From Trichoplax adhaerens (taxonomy: Eukaryota; Animalia; Placozoa): a stretch of DNA of 64,000 nt. This document shows positions 1-14,599 of this stretch, piece by piece. The notes under the pieces were generated by a model. The model was given only the letters and a program-made list of their open reading frames with translations. It ran no database searches and was not told the DNA's origin. Location of the stretch: NCBI RefSeq assembly GCF_000150275.1, contig NW_002060956.1, forward strand, positions 1,672,280 through 1,736,279, in the 5' to 3' direction. A program made the translations under genes and the position numbers. How positions within the stretch are numbered: the stretch's first letter is position 1; every line of letters starts with the position of its first letter.

Positions 1-3000
1 GTACTGAGTGCGTAATTTGCGCAAATATTTGTTACGAATTAATCGTACTGCTAAATGCCAGTGATTAAAAGCCTTCTTATTTTCAATCTTATAATTGGAT
101 TGCTTTGGATTTTGCATGGAATATCTATCTTCTATCTCCGTTGCTAGAGATTTTAGACGATACTTAATTTAATATTTTAATCATTTTTCGTACAAAATGA
201 TTGCAGTCTCACCTGAATGAGGAGTATCCATAGCAGCAACACATTGATCGAATTCCTTGTTTAGCAGAATTTCGCAAAATGTTATAAGGACTGGATGGCA
301 ATGAAGATGTTCAACATATAAAAATCCTAAATAGCTATTGAATCCTAAATTGATTTTAAAGTTGAACGTGAGACTATTAGCAAAAGATGTTTATATTTAT
401 TCGTAATTAAGGAGTTATTAACCTGAATCAAACATCTGAAATGGCATCATCAATAAACTGTAGTCCATTCTTGGTAATAATATTAATCCAAGTATAGCTG
501 CTTTGCCAATACGAAATAAGCAGGAAAATAGACCACACATGACATTGTAGAAGAAAATAAAGTAGGCAAAGTTATGGAAAAGTCGCCTACAGAAAAGAGC
601 GATTGATTATATGATGAGAATTCACAAATATGCTCTTTTTGGCCAAAAATTGAGATTGGAAATGAAGTACCTGTTGTTTATACCATATGCTTTACCATAT
701 TCTAGGCTTAAGGCGTACTTACTAACCAAAAGCTGACTGAAGCTGACAATAAGCGCACAAGAAGCAATTGGTCTGTTTATAAATTTGTGAAATGAAAGTT
801 AGCAATCGTTTTAGTAAGATTAGTAACGATATTGCTCTAATGATAATTAATAAGGTAATGAATTCTTTGCCTAACATTACAAATTCGAGAAACCAAGTAC
901 TAGCAGTTCCCGCCAGTGGATGAATGATGCAATAAATGACAAACATGATTGTAAGGAAAATAATTATTTGGATGATGGCGAATGCTAAAGATGTATAAAG
1001 TAAATTTTAGTCTTCCAACCTTATCGCATCGTGATTATAAAAAAATTATAGATCAACAATATTTACCCCATATCATATAGGAAATTTGATAGCCACAGTA
1101 GCAAATACTTGATCTCTAAACGATCGTAATATAAAAGTTACAGACTTAAATGCTATTATTAGATAAAGAATAAATCGGAATATAAATATTGTAGACTTCA
1201 ATTCTATTTACTAGACAAGAAATTAATCAATAAGCGATGTTGAATGTAGAAAGATGTCATAAACTTACAAGAATACTGCCGAAAGAAGTAAAAGTGTCTA
1301 CTGGAAGCATTGTTTTATCACCTCGATATAATTTCAGTTTATTCGTTCTGTTTGAAGTATAAAAATTAAATGTGAACATAAAAAGCGCTCACAAATTATG
1401 AATAGCAATAGTCAGTTTTAATTCTTAAAGAAAAGGACGTATTACAATAGTTTCAGTGTCAAATATTAATATTTTTCATAGCTATAATTTCAAATTGACT
1501 TTTACAGTATTCTGTATATGGAGGATATTACTTTACCTGTAGCGTATAAACATGGAAATCAAATAAATAGTATTTAAACAGCAGGACAGAATAATCCCTA
1601 CTATCCATGCATCTATATTTAAAATAAATATGATTTATATATAGTTAACGACTGGAAAGAATTATTAATTCATTAAATGTATACGTATAATAACTTAGCA
1701 TCTTACGTTTGCCGTTATATACAAACTGTAGGCTGCTTGCGTCGGAGACATTAAGAAGCAGTCTTAGGCCACGTGCATTTCTTCGAACCCAAAGTTCCAT
1801 GGAACCAAAAATATTTGTTGTTATGTAACTATAAACCATTGTAAGCTGAATCATTTACAAAATGTTAGTTTTAATTATTTGCCTAAAAATTACGACAGTA
1901 TTATCAGCAAGTAATACATCGTCTGATTAGAAAAACTATCCAACCTCATAAAGAGCGATTGCAGTAACAACGAAAGTACAGATTATCTTGGGTGGATATT
2001 TGAAATCTATTATTAGTTGAAAGTATATTATATGTATTAATACAAACATTTTCTAGCTCTATTTATCATCTTGAGTATACTAAATGCAGAAGAAATAATA
2101 ATAGATTGCCGTAATATTATTCATTTCTAAACTGCAGCAATTGTAAACTAGACAAAGAGCAGTATAGATCAATTTTTCATCTGGATTAACTTACGTGGAA
2201 TTGATTTATAAAGGAATCTATTGCAAAAAGTTTTTACGGAGTTAGGCTTCTGTGTTTGTTCAGGTTCCTTATTACTAAATTAAATACATGAAGGCCGCAT
2301 GCGGCAATTATGTAGTTTAATTATTTCAATATAACGAGGTCTTCTCTGCAGTAATATTGAATTTAGGCGACATGGAAGTAATGGTATGATTATGATTAGC
2401 ACTGCTATAAAATTACCTTTTTCGATTATTAAACAAGTGTTTAACATGCTTATACTGAAACTTTTGTAGTAAAATAGGTGGATAGGGCTCCTTATAAGAA
2501 GTATTAAGCAAGAATAATTTTAAAATATTTGTTCATTACGAGCTCACGTTTACTAAATCTGAATAATTAAACTTTATCAGACTAGCACTCTAAACCTAGC
2601 TTTGACTATAATAGTAGGAAATTAATTAGATAAGTCAGGCTTTCTACCGAATTGCTTTGCTTTCTTTTACTTCGGGCATAAATTTCAATACCCAATAAAT
2701 ATCCAAAGCGACATTGCAGCCATGTCAAGCATATAAAAATTGGCACATTGAACAGTATATTCGAGTAATCTCCTAGAAACTATACGAATATATGCAAATT
2801 ACAGCCGTTAAAAATTATAAAAAAAAGGTGTAATCATCACAGTATTCGCTGAGAAATGTAACGTTGGAATGAATTATACACTATAGAGAATTATATATAA
2901 TCTGCTGCTTTAGCTTGGGATTACCTTAAATGATGGGCATTCGTATACAGCTATTACATGGAAGGTAAATCTGCATTATATCAATCGAAAAGTGATAATT

Positions 3001-4566
3001 AGTAAATTGATTTGTTTAAATCAATATCAGCCTTAATAAGAATATTGATAGACGGATATGTAAACTATTTAAGGAGCTAGATAACATGATATGCTATCAT
3101 TACATTTGAGTGTTGTAAGCGAAGCCCAGAAAGGATCCTAACAATCGAAAATCCGTCGTTAAACAGGCAAAAAGTGGATAATAAATTAGGGTAGCGCGGA
3201 TGACCACAAAGATACCAATTAAGACTATAAGGCATCCAAAGATGTTGTCATTAGAATTATCATGCCTTGATTATGACGATTAATTCGGTATCATTGCTAA
3301 TAGTACAGTAGTCTGCTGTTGTGCTATCTATGTAAATAACAAGCTTATATAATTTAAATACCATGAAATAGAAGCTACTGCATTTGATTTAAATCTGAGT
3401 TATACCTGAGACCCAACGACTTGGATGAAATGTTTGATTACTGAAGAGTGTTAATATTGCTGTTGTGGATACGCCGAAAGCCATCGCGTAGCCGAAGCGA
3501 TTTTTACCTACTTCCAGTAAGTTTACTGGACTTCAATGTAGAAAAGTTTTCATCAGTCTTATAACTCATATATAGGCTAAAAAACTTTACAGAACGATAA
3601 ATTAACATGGAACGGACATATTTTAAGTTAAGGATTTTTCCCACATTATCATCATGAACGTACTATATCAAACCAGGATAACCATGACAATATTTTCTCA
3701 TATATTTTCTCTTATGCAACAAGGTTAGTACAAGGACGATTGAAGCCTGTAAACGAAATTATAAAGGGCCAGAAAGTATTATAACACACTAGTTTATTTA
3801 AATTTTTAGATAGAGTACAAGTATATTAAATATTTAAAAATATCTAATTGATAAATATTAAAGATAAAAATATTGATAACAATAGTAGATTAAAATTGTT
3901 TCGTTGCTGTTTCTAAGACTAGTACATTTAGAGGGTCATGGATGCAGAGAGATATTTGATATTTTAGACGTTAAGAATAGATGTTTAATTGATATCAAGA
4001 GAGTATTTATAAATATATTAACTATTACGATGTTGCTTATCCAGAGGGCATAATCAGATATGATCCCTGAAGAAAGTGCTAATAACCATCACTATCAAAC
4101 GGTTATTGAGATTATTGTTGATGCCAAAAATTTAGAATATCAATCAGCTCATAAGAATTGCTTTACTAGAATTTAATCATCAATGAACTTAAAAATAGTG
4201 CCGAATTTATTTCAAGCTGATTATACACTTTGATATAGGTATTAAACCATTCATTACAATATAATTATTTGATTGATCTGTCATTTAAATGCTATAGTAG
4301 TACTAGGCCTGTGGATAAAATTATGCCTTCAAAATATCCCTTATAAATCGTTCAAGTAATTGCTACATTTTTATTTTAAATATATCTTTCGTAAAAATTC
4401 CTAGTATTAGTCTTTAGAGTAAGAGAAAAACTGTAGTAGTCTAAATTTAGTAGATCATTACATTTCTAATTTATTATACATTCTACTTCAACTTACCGCT
4501 ACTGTAGTTTGCGCTGATATTATCACGGTGTCATTGAGATAATTGCTACACGTGAAGTTCGATGAA
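1..4566 (-). CDS. STRA6-like (STRA6/STRA6L family) multi-pass membrane protein, copy 1; multi-exon, 3' end runs off the window, first coding exon not fixed
   Basis: Minus-strand exons join in frame at GT-AG sites: SSNFTCSNYLND.. / ..LHKRKYMRKYCHGYPGLI-YPVNLLEVGKNRFGYAMAFG.. / ..LIYYPLFACLTT.. / HFKYPPKIICTFVV.. / RLFHNFAYFIFFYNVMCGLFSCLFRIGK..PRMDYSLL / GFNSYLGFLYVEHLHCHPVLITFCEILL / ..FNHWHLAVRLIRNKYLRKLR. YYPLFAC, FHNFxYFxFFYNV, HPVxxxFC and WxLAxxLxxNxxL are STRA6-family motifs. The exon at ~4496-4566 needs an upstream phase-2 exon; a candidate is GCC-ATG-AAT-AG at 5072, with a weak donor. Confidence 0.88.
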
Positions 4567-6617
4567 CTGCAAGAGAAACAATATGAAACGCTCTATTAGT
4601 GAAGAAAATTCACTAACTTTCATATCCTAAATAAAGCTATAACTAATTAAATCAGCAACTACTCCAAATGATGGTCGATTTGCCTCCTAGTATTACGAGT
4701 GAATAAAGCACAGAAGTATCGCCGTCTCTTATTTTAATCGAGCTATGAGTTAATTTCTTAGTCCATCTTGAATCATAGGATTAGTAGGGTAACATGGAAT
4801 GATAAAATAGTGAATGATTACGGCTCTAGCTCTAATATCTTTTCAAACATATCGTCATTATATGGCGGTATAACGTAATTAAATGTCATGGCCGTAACCA
4901 ATACAATTCTCAGCCAGTCATTAAGTGCTCTGATTTAGCACATAAAGTTAATAATATTAACCAGACTATTCTATTATCTTCCAAAAGAAATGACTATATT
5001 AGCAATCTTAATTGATTCGATTCGATTAGATTTAAGTTTTAAGGAAAGATTGATCGCTGAAAACCTATTCATGGCGAAGCGGGTTTCTTCGTAAACTGGA
5101 TTTCCTGAAACGTTGAATACGAATTTGAAAAGGCTGTGGCAATAGTTAACTTAAGTATAAAATGAGATTTAGCTACTAGAATATAAGGAAATAAGATTGG
5201 AATCAAATATCATCTACTAATTAGTCGATTACTGTAGTTTTTGTAACTTGAAGTTTATAAATAATACACATCGCCAAGCAGGCTTATGGCAGTAGTACAG
5301 CAGCGATGCCCAATGGCTTCTACCGACTGCAGCCCAATCGATTATGTTAATTTCCGTATCTTGATCCTCAGGCGGTCGTTTTCTATTATTATAAAAAAAA
5401 ATTGAATAGATAATCAAGGCGTGGGCTAACTATAGTTCAAACCTTGCTAATAATCAAATGCCTGTAGGCTTCTGCAGTAAAATTACTTAAGTAAATAGCT
5501 CAATTATTTCTATTCATATTGATGACATTGTTCACTGTCCCATTACATCTTTTCATCGCTAGTCTGCGCATATATAATAAGGCCCTACTGTCTCAAGTCT
5601 GGCTGTATTTTTTCGTCAATATTGATTTATATATCGATCGTATACTACTTGATAGTATGTTATTATTCCAGCCAGCATAGATCTTTCTAAGGTATTATCT
5701 TTTCAAAAGTTTCCGTAAATCTTATCAAGTTGTTATATATAGACTATTTGTCTTACATATAGACCATAGAGATAAGGGAAAGCTAGAGTGCTAACTTACC
5801 TTACTCAGTATCTGCATTTCATAAAGAAACAGCATGGAGCTATGGGCTATCGCGTTACTACTACTTTGTGTATATGAGAATGTTTTTTAGATCTATTTAT
5901 AAACTATCGAATGCTTTGGCGTTTAATGATTATAAATATGTTATACAAGTATAGTTGATAATATAATAATTGTTATACTTAGTAAAATTAATATTAAAAG
6001 TACAATTAACATTAATAAACTGGGAATGTGGCAGCTGCAGAGCTACACATCGCATTAGCGATACACTACTACAGCAATCATAACTTGATTACTAAGTACT
6101 AAAAATACTGAAGTAGAGTCTCTTTAGGAAGGTAGCATCATCATGCATCCAGGATGATACCTAATTTTTTGTCTGATTCGATGGAATCAGCTCAATTTTT
6201 TTTGTAGCATGAAAGCGTAGTGTATAACCTTAATAAGGTTAATGAAAGCTGTATGTACTAGAGCTCTTACTGTGATGTAGACGCACAGTGCATATTTAGT
6301 TCTAGGACATAATATATTTACTGTCACTATTATTATATTGCCTTGTAGGCAGCTCTATTTGTACCATTATTGTAAACATGATGATAAACTTCAACCATCG
6401 TTTCGATCTCAGACTGCAACAAGGCAGTATTACGTATCCAATTTTAACAAATGCGAGTAATTCCGATATTATTGGCGAGTTTTACTGCAATACCTCAGAT
6501 TAGAAAGATTTCGAAGGCTATCTTGAACATTTGAATGCTTATTCAATATTTGCCATCACGCATGCAGCTCTCATTGTGAGCATTACTACTACTCGCATAG
6601 ATTCCCTAGTGAACCGG

Positions 6618-7102
6618 ACTATCGTATTGATTTGAAGCGATCATGTCTTAACGTTAAAATTCCTTATTCATGGCCTTACACCGTACAGTATATCATCAGT
6701 AAGCGTTATTAACTAGCCGTAAAATATTTTATTTTTCTGCTGCATATCATCTTACGTTATTTGAAGCATATAAATGCATAGTCAGGGACTTTTGGAAAAT
6801 TAAGATTTTCCGAAAAGACTCTAGCATAATATAAGAATACATGACACTAGGCTATCAATGCCAAAATATTACATAATCGATCGGGGCTACCGTATTGGTC
6901 TGAAGTAAACTTGCCTAAACTTAAAATTCCCTATTCATGATCTTACGCACTACAGTATATCATCAGTAACCATTATTAGTCAGCCGTAGATATTTTTATT
7001 TTGTACATCATTTTATGCTATTGAAGCCTTGTAAAAGCATAGTCAGGGACTTCTGGAAAATTGATTGAAATTTTTCGAAAAGTCCGTAGCATAATATAAG
7101 AA
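6618..7102. repeat. Diverged two-copy tandem duplication (~270 bp period) upstream of STRA6-like copy 1
   Basis: 6618-6837 and ~6887-7102 share blocks such as ttaaaattcc.tattcatg, tacagtatatcatcagtaa, gcatagtcagggactt.tggaaaatt and tagcataatataagaa. Confidence 0.85.
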
Positions 7103-8419
7103 ATGCAGCATTGTACCCTTGAAACTCGCTATTACATCATTTAAAGCTGTGAAATGACGTCTTCGTTTGAAAAATATGGCTAGCTAGTAATATTGTTACT
7201 GCTGAGTAATTTAGGGTGTCGGCAAGAAACCATAGATAAGGTAAATTTATGAAATAAAATCAATTGTTGCAATTATGATAAGTATTATTTATTTTAATCC
7301 ATCAATTAGAAATATTCATTCGCTACTTTTATAAGATCAAGAACATAGTAAAATTTAAATTATGAATAACTGTACTACTAAGGCCTTCTAATATGTACTA
7401 GATATAACTGAGTGAATTGCGGCCGAAAATGAAGATCATACATGATATAGGCGTACATAAACAAAGCTTAGATATTACTCGTATGTAAAAAGTTTTTCAC
7501 TGCAGTATTATAAATATTATAACCGTTTTAGAATTATTTATGACATACCTGTAACACACCAAATAACCACTTCAATGTTTAAAAGGTAAAATCTCAATTA
7601 AAATGACATCAGCCGTAAAGATATAAACTTATGATGAAGTAAAGGTAAATTTAAGCTTGAAAAGTTATAACAGTATGAAAATTATATAACCCGGACAACT
7701 TAAATCATTATCAAATGGTTAGCTTTAAACTTAAATCAGAGCTATGCTGAAATGAATATGGCAGCATGTTTGGAGATTTTAGTAGTTGAACGTCTTGGAT
7801 TCAAATTTAAGTTATTTTCTACCGCAATTGAATATTGATAGGATAATAATGATGCTATATTGATTTGATTGAAGGTTATTAATGCTGTAATTATATTGTA
7901 TTGGTTTATGCTAAATTGCATAAGACTAGTTATGAGAAGGTATATAGCTACTATCTCATTTACTTCATTAAAGACTAGTACTTGAACTGTCCTCTATTTT
8001 TTAATAGTGTTTGGTTACATCTTGAGGTATTTGGTTTTAAATAATTTCCTATAAGAATCTGCGTTTAGGAAGGAAACAACCGTTGTTTTCTTAATTTTTA
8101 AAGATACAGAAAAATACTTAAGTTAAAATTTTAACGGAAAAGAGCGCATTTATGATCTTAATTTTAAGCATTGGGATAGATATGAAAAAACCTAGATTAC
8201 AGCTTAGTCATGATCATATCTTAATAAATTCCATTAGATCGGTAATAAGTATGAAATCATTTCAATTCTGTGATATGAGCTAAGAAATGCCTTTATGGCT
8301 ACTTGGTGAAGCAAATAGTATATGAAAAAATGTTTGTGGAAACCATGGTACTATCTCCACCAATTAGTTGAGATTAAATTATTTAGCTGCTGTTGCATTT
8401 TTAATTTGAAGTATGCCTT

Positions 8420-11400
8420 TTACAACAAATATTCACGTGCCTCCTTGCCCTCATGATCTCTTGCAATGTTACCAGTACTATTTGAAGCATGTCGAGATTT
8501 TACACCAGGATACGGAGGCCGTCTTCGTGCAGCGTTTTCATCTTTTGGGGAATCGGTATTAGTTTTGACTCCACCTGATAATTCACCCATGCTATTACTT
8601 AAGGATGAAAATTGAGCTTTTTTATCTACGACCTCTAAGACTATATTTTGTCGCACTGTCTCTATTTCATCGTTACTTTGTCCATGACTACTACCAGTTG
8701 GTGAAAGTGGTGCTACTGCTGTTTTAACATTTGAGATTATTTGGCTGTTTTGCCGACTGCTTTCTTTAGCGGTAGCCAATGATTCGTTAGACCCTTCCAT
8801 AGTATTATGAATAACATCATTCGAGATATTAGCTTCGGCTGGGACACTATTGGCAATGTCATAATTACTTCGACGGACATTATCTAATAGTGAATTAACT
8901 GATAATTTTCTTCTTCTTATAGCAGCCTGATCCTCATGATGTTCTTCTTCTAGCTTTTCTATTTCTCTCAATTCTTCCAGATACCCTTTACGTAGTTTAC
9001 GTAACGTTTTGTTCCGAATGAGAAGGACAGCCACTCGCCAGCGGTTGTAAGCTTGTATATTTCGTATTTTGAATTCTGATTCTCTAGGATTACCCCATTT
9101 TTCGTCATCCGATCCCCCTATTTATAATGTTATAATAATAACTGGTTACATAAACGTGCACAGCAGTAAACCTACCGATTTACATGTGGTCATAAATTTT
9201 AGTATTTTCAATAACAATAAAATCGGCTATTTCGTACCATAATAAGCGACTTTCATATCATGACTTGATTTTATAAAATCCTTATTAAGCAAAATCTCAC
9301 AAAAGGTTACCAGTACTGGATGACAATGTATGTGTTCTACATACAAGAATCCCAAGTAACCATCAAATCCTAGATATTTGCAATCAGGCACAGATGATAA
9401 TTAAGATTCGGTAATTGTTTTCAACTAAGCTGCGAAACAGCAATAAAGCTCATAATTTGGAATTTCTACCATCAGTACATTTTGCAAACACTACAGATCT
9501 TGCTATGAAATACACGCAAAATAAGTGTAGATCAATCTACTTTACGGAATATCGCTATTTATGATTTGTGTTACAGTCATGTTAGTTTTATGAATTTTTT
9601 ACATAAACTAAGGTTACTTGAGACTATAATTACCTGAATCAAACATTTCGAAAGGACTCATCAGTAAACTGCAATCCATTCTTGATAGCAGTAATAGCCC
9701 AAGTATGATTGACTTACCAATACGAAATAAGCACGAGAAAAAACCACACATGACATTATAGAAGAAGATGAAGTAGTCAAAATTGTGATACAATCGCCTA
9801 CAAATTATAATAAAGTTGTCGTAAGTTTCATAAGATTGTGTATCAATCACCTTAGGATAAAAAAGATATACCTGTTGTCTAAAGCATTAATATTCCCATG
9901 CTCTTGACAAAAAAAGTACTTACTAACCAAAAACTGCCAGATATTTATTAAAATAGTGCACGTCGCGATGGGTCTGTCATTGAGTAGTAATAATGCATTA
10001 GTACTGATGTCATTATTAGATAAAGTGAGAACAAAAATACTGTATCTTACATGACAAAGTCTAAAAACCAGGTACTACCAACTCCTTCTAATGGATAAAT
10101 GATGCAGTATATTACGAATAAGATGCCCAGACACAATATGAAATGAATAGCGACGAAGGCTATTATTTTATAAAAAACAAACAGAATGATTATATTATTA
10201 AATCGGCAAGGACTTGGCTAGAATTTTTATAACGAAAATTTATCTTCAAATTTCATAGATACCCCATAGCATATATGAGATCTGATATCCAGCGTAGCAG
10301 ATACTTGATTGCTATATTTAAAAGGTAAAGTTATCACTTAGTACCAAGAATTAACACTTTTTCTGTTAGGATTAGTATTATGTGTCAATCTCATGACGAC
10401 AATTAGAGTATAGAGTATGAATATTTCAGTCATGTCTTACTATAACGGAGCCAAATGAGGTATATTTATCAATAGGAAGTTCAGATTTTTCACCACGGTA
10501 CAGTTTGAATTTGTTAATACTAACCAAATAGTGAATAAGAAATTTAGTTCATCGATTTACCAAATAAAGTAACATGCTTATAATAAAGGTTAAAATCGAA
10601 ACACTATTGCAATTTTTCTTAATATTTACAAGCAAATTAAGAAATAGTATCTACAATGTACCGATAGAGGATGAGCATATGGGATAGGTATAACGCGTTT
10701 AAACTGCTGGCAATAACAGTTACGACTATCCAGGTATCTAAAAGTTAATTTGATAAATACACGTATATTAAGTTAAGGGTAATTTATTACTAAAATCCTT
10801 CATCAGAAGATATTTTTTAATTACAGTCTTAAAGTTTCTCACCCCTGCAGTTGTAAACAAATTGTAAGTTATCCTTCTTTGACGCATTTAGCACAATAGT
10901 TAGGTATTCTGAATATTGCATTACCCAGTTTTCGAAAGGATTGAAAATGTTCGAAGCAAGGTAATAGTACATCACTGTAATCTAATTGACAGTAGTCATA
11001 ATATGGTTAACATTTCCAATGAGGCGCAGTCATAGGAATAATTTAACTCATGTAGCTTCTGTTTATTAATTTTAATGACAATGTTGAACCTCATATAAGG
11101 CAATAGCTGCAACGACGAAGGTACACAAAATCCTCGGTGGGTATTTAAAGTCTATTAGCAATAATTAAAGCAGCATATTTGATTGACATCGTGTGATTGA
11201 AAGACTTCATAACAATAACTACACCAATAATATGCCAATTGACTTTCATTTGACTTACGCGGCTTAGGTTTATATAAGTACTTGGTAAGGAAAGCCCTTA
11301 CGGAATTAGGCTTTTTTTCTTCTTCCGTTTCGCTATGTGTAATAAATGATTACAATCTATTAATATTATCGTATACTTTAGCGTAAGCTGTACCTAGGTT

Positions 11401-13334
11401 ATAAATTCAACAATTATGAAACATTGTATAATTGTATTTGCGTGCAAGTATATTAATGCTGCAGGTCTGCCATAACAACTTATGGCACACGTACAAATCG
11501 GATTCTTCAGCGGCTTTCAAAAGAAGCTTCACGTGAATGAATTGATAGTTTTGTAAATGAACGAAAGGACGGAGTTTCTGTAAAATTAGACAAACCAATT
11601 TTAAATAAGAGAATTTTAACAATATATATATATATATCATGTTAACTGTAATAGATTATCGCTATTAAACGTCATATCTAAGCAGCTACAGTGTAGCACT
11701 TCACTAATAGCGTATGAGAATGTTGCTATCGATATCTTAGCAAATATAACTTACTTCTTTCTGCGTAATTCCTTTGACGTGATTATAGATTGCAAGAATG
11801 ATCAAATATCCAAAATGACACTCCAACCACGCCAAGCATATAAATATTGGAATATTTAATACAACGTTGGAATAAGGTCCCAAAGACTGTTGATGTACAT
11901 ACGATACAGAGTAACGCAGGAAAGGAAGAAATTAAATAAAGAATATTATTATGTATAGTTATAACAGCAAACTCGATATATCGACACCAGGGTAAGAAGG
12001 TATAGCACAGAATATCAAGAATATAAAGTTGTAGTGCAAATATATCCTTAGATTCACCAATTACCTGAAATGAAGGGCAGTAAATAACACCTAGGAGATG
12101 GATAGCCGCTCTATAGGTTAAAGAGACCGTATGAGGACAAAGGTTTATTAGCAGTTCATAGGACTTAACATGGATGAACTCAAAAGGTAGAAAATACGGT
12201 GATAACTTACATGTCCGCCGAATGAAGGAAACCTAGAACCGCTCCTAAAAGTCGAAATTTGGACGACAGGCAAGCGAACAGTGGATAGTAAACAACGGAC
12301 ACTCGGAAGACGATAAAGATACCGAGTAGTACTAGCAATGGAATGGAAGTTAAAAATAAATTAACCTTTCCTTGTCGACATTATGAACAGTTATTTTGTA
12401 TGGAATTGACTCTCAATGTTGCAATCAAAGCTTGAATTGGCGTTGTTGTTTTTTAATCGCCATTATTTTACCTGAAACCCAGTAATTTCTGTCGAAGGTT
12501 TGATTAGTAAACAGAGCTAACACAGCGGTAGTCGATGCTCCAAAGGCCATTGCATAACCAAAGCGGTTTTCGCCAACTTCTAACAAGTTGACTGGGCTAT
12601 GGATTAAATTTATGCATACAGTATAATAGTTATCAAAATTGTCATACTTTAAAGAAAAATCATTTAATATCGTTTACATTGAAGCATTATATAAGCAACG
12701 GTATACGATCGACGTAATAGTTAAAATATAGCAAATTATCCACATACAATATCCATCCTGGATAACCATTGCAATACTTGTGCATATATTTTCTCCTTTG
12801 CATTAGCGATAGGATAGCTATGATAGCAACCTGGAAATAAAGGTATGAAACCTAACTACAGCGTGAATGAATTACCAACATTACATCATATGAAAGCGTG
12901 GACGTCTGTAATAATGACTGATTTAATGAAAAATGAGTAAAACTTGATTGAATGTTATGTTCTACTGAACAGTTTTACACCTTATAACTTGGTGAAATAA
13001 TGAGATCACTTGCTTCAAGTATTTTTTTCATTGTATATGACTACATAGCACAGCGTTAAGAAATGCCCATTACTGTTCTACTGTTGATAAAATAGCATCT
13101 TGCAATAAAGTGTAAATCACACATTTTGTACTGTACTGTACAACGATACTGTAATTTTTACCACTAGAATGGAATATGTCCTTTGCTTAATCCAATATCT
13201 TGATTAGCATGAATCAAAGTCTAGGTATTTTTACAATTGAAGCAGTTTTCCTTACCGCAGCTGGATATTGAGACCAAATCGCTGGTCCTTCGTTGAGAAA
13301 TGGACGACATGTATAGTTTATTAAACTTGAGTTG
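8420..13334 (-). CDS. STRA6-like protein, copy 2; multi-exon, long low-complexity C-terminal tail
   Basis: Same exon series and intron positions as copy 1: NSSLINYTCRPFLNEG.., PVNLLEVGENRFGYAMAFG, YYPLFACR, FKYPPRILCTFVV, RLYHNFDYFIFFYNVMCGFFSCLFRIGK, HCHPVLVTFCEILL. The last exon reads ..YNRWRVAVLLIRNKTLRKLRK..EYLL* (ORF 8420-9034). Candidate first exon is ATG at 13900 (MPSTVL, phase 2, gtaagc donor), unconfirmed. Confidence 0.88.
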
Positions 13335-14599
13335 CTATAAGATTGGAAAAGAAAAACAATCTACTTTTTATAGCCATTTGGGTGTTTGATATTCTGCATT
13401 GCATGGCTTGTATGGTCTATCTGCAGTAGGAAAGTTCTACGTCGATAATACACAACTAACTTATCAATTACATGATGCATTAAAAAGTTGATTAGATGTG
13501 CTATAGTCTCTTAGCGTAGGTAAGCATTTCAACGATGTTTGAACGAGTGCAGTAACACTAAGACAGCACTACAGTGTTTTATATCATGGTTGTCTATTAC
13601 AACATGGCCATCATGATTCGATATCAGATAGCCGAATCTTATGATAGGACAAAAAGTTTGCTCTGCAAGCTGACAACAGCCCCAAAGTATGCGGCAGTCA
13701 GCGACAATATACACTTTGTTGCTTAAAACTGGCGTATCAATATTGCTTTTAAGAAATTTCTGACGAGAAGTTTGGTTTAAATAAGCATGTAGTTCTCATG
13801 ATTCAAGATTACGTATGTTGGCATGACATGGTGATTTTTAGAAGCAATTTACGACGACCAAGTTCATAATTGCCGCTTACTACAGTACAGTAGATGGCAT
13901 TTTCAATATAAGGAAAATGGCGTACGTCCAGTATCACTAGAGGGCATCAAGTTCAAAGCTAGTCTATAATTAGAACTGTTGTCTACTTCCACCAGAAGGC
14001 TAGCCATTCATAGCTAAACGGTCAATGATTCGATTCTCCGATGTACTGATGTAGAGAAAGGGAGAACTTGGTTATGCTATTGCTTTTTTTTTTTTGAATT
14101 GACAATTTTTAGACCCATACGATCAAGTTCAACATTCTACTTGAACTGTATGCATGCTAGTACTTGGACAAGCAGTTGTCAAGTTAATGTGAACAAACAT
14201 TCATTGATATTTTGGAAGGGAATCCATGGATTACAGTATGTACCTGTCCATTTTGCTAATTTAGTATTCCAATCCAATTGGCCAACCAGTCTATAGCATC
14301 GTCAGCGGTGAAAATCAAGAAGTAACGACCAAGTCTTCAACTAGGGTTAGAAAAATGCTTGCCCTGGCTTTAACTTGGAAGACCAACTTGTAGTAGAGCG
14401 GATTAGCGAAACAATTTTCAAGCTTTTAGATCAATTTTGTCTTTTGCCAAGCGTTGTGTCTGCCTACGATTGAGTATTCCTTTGGGATATGCCTACTGTC
14501 TACTACCTTACTGTACTCTGGTATGAGTTGGTAGTTATTTCTATTGCAGTACTGTACTAGCTGAAACACCCGTCGGTCGTCGCTTTACTGCTGGTACTA

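Noticed and set aside
6785-6794. NF-kB sites at GGGACTTT
   Set aside because: None completes GGGRNWYYCC; a longer palindrome explains them better.
13881-13900. Firm assignment of the STRA6-like 2 start exon
   Set aside because: Phase and donor fit, but most of the 20 nt is TACTGTACTGTA pentamer sequence and may fit by chance; kept only as a candidate.
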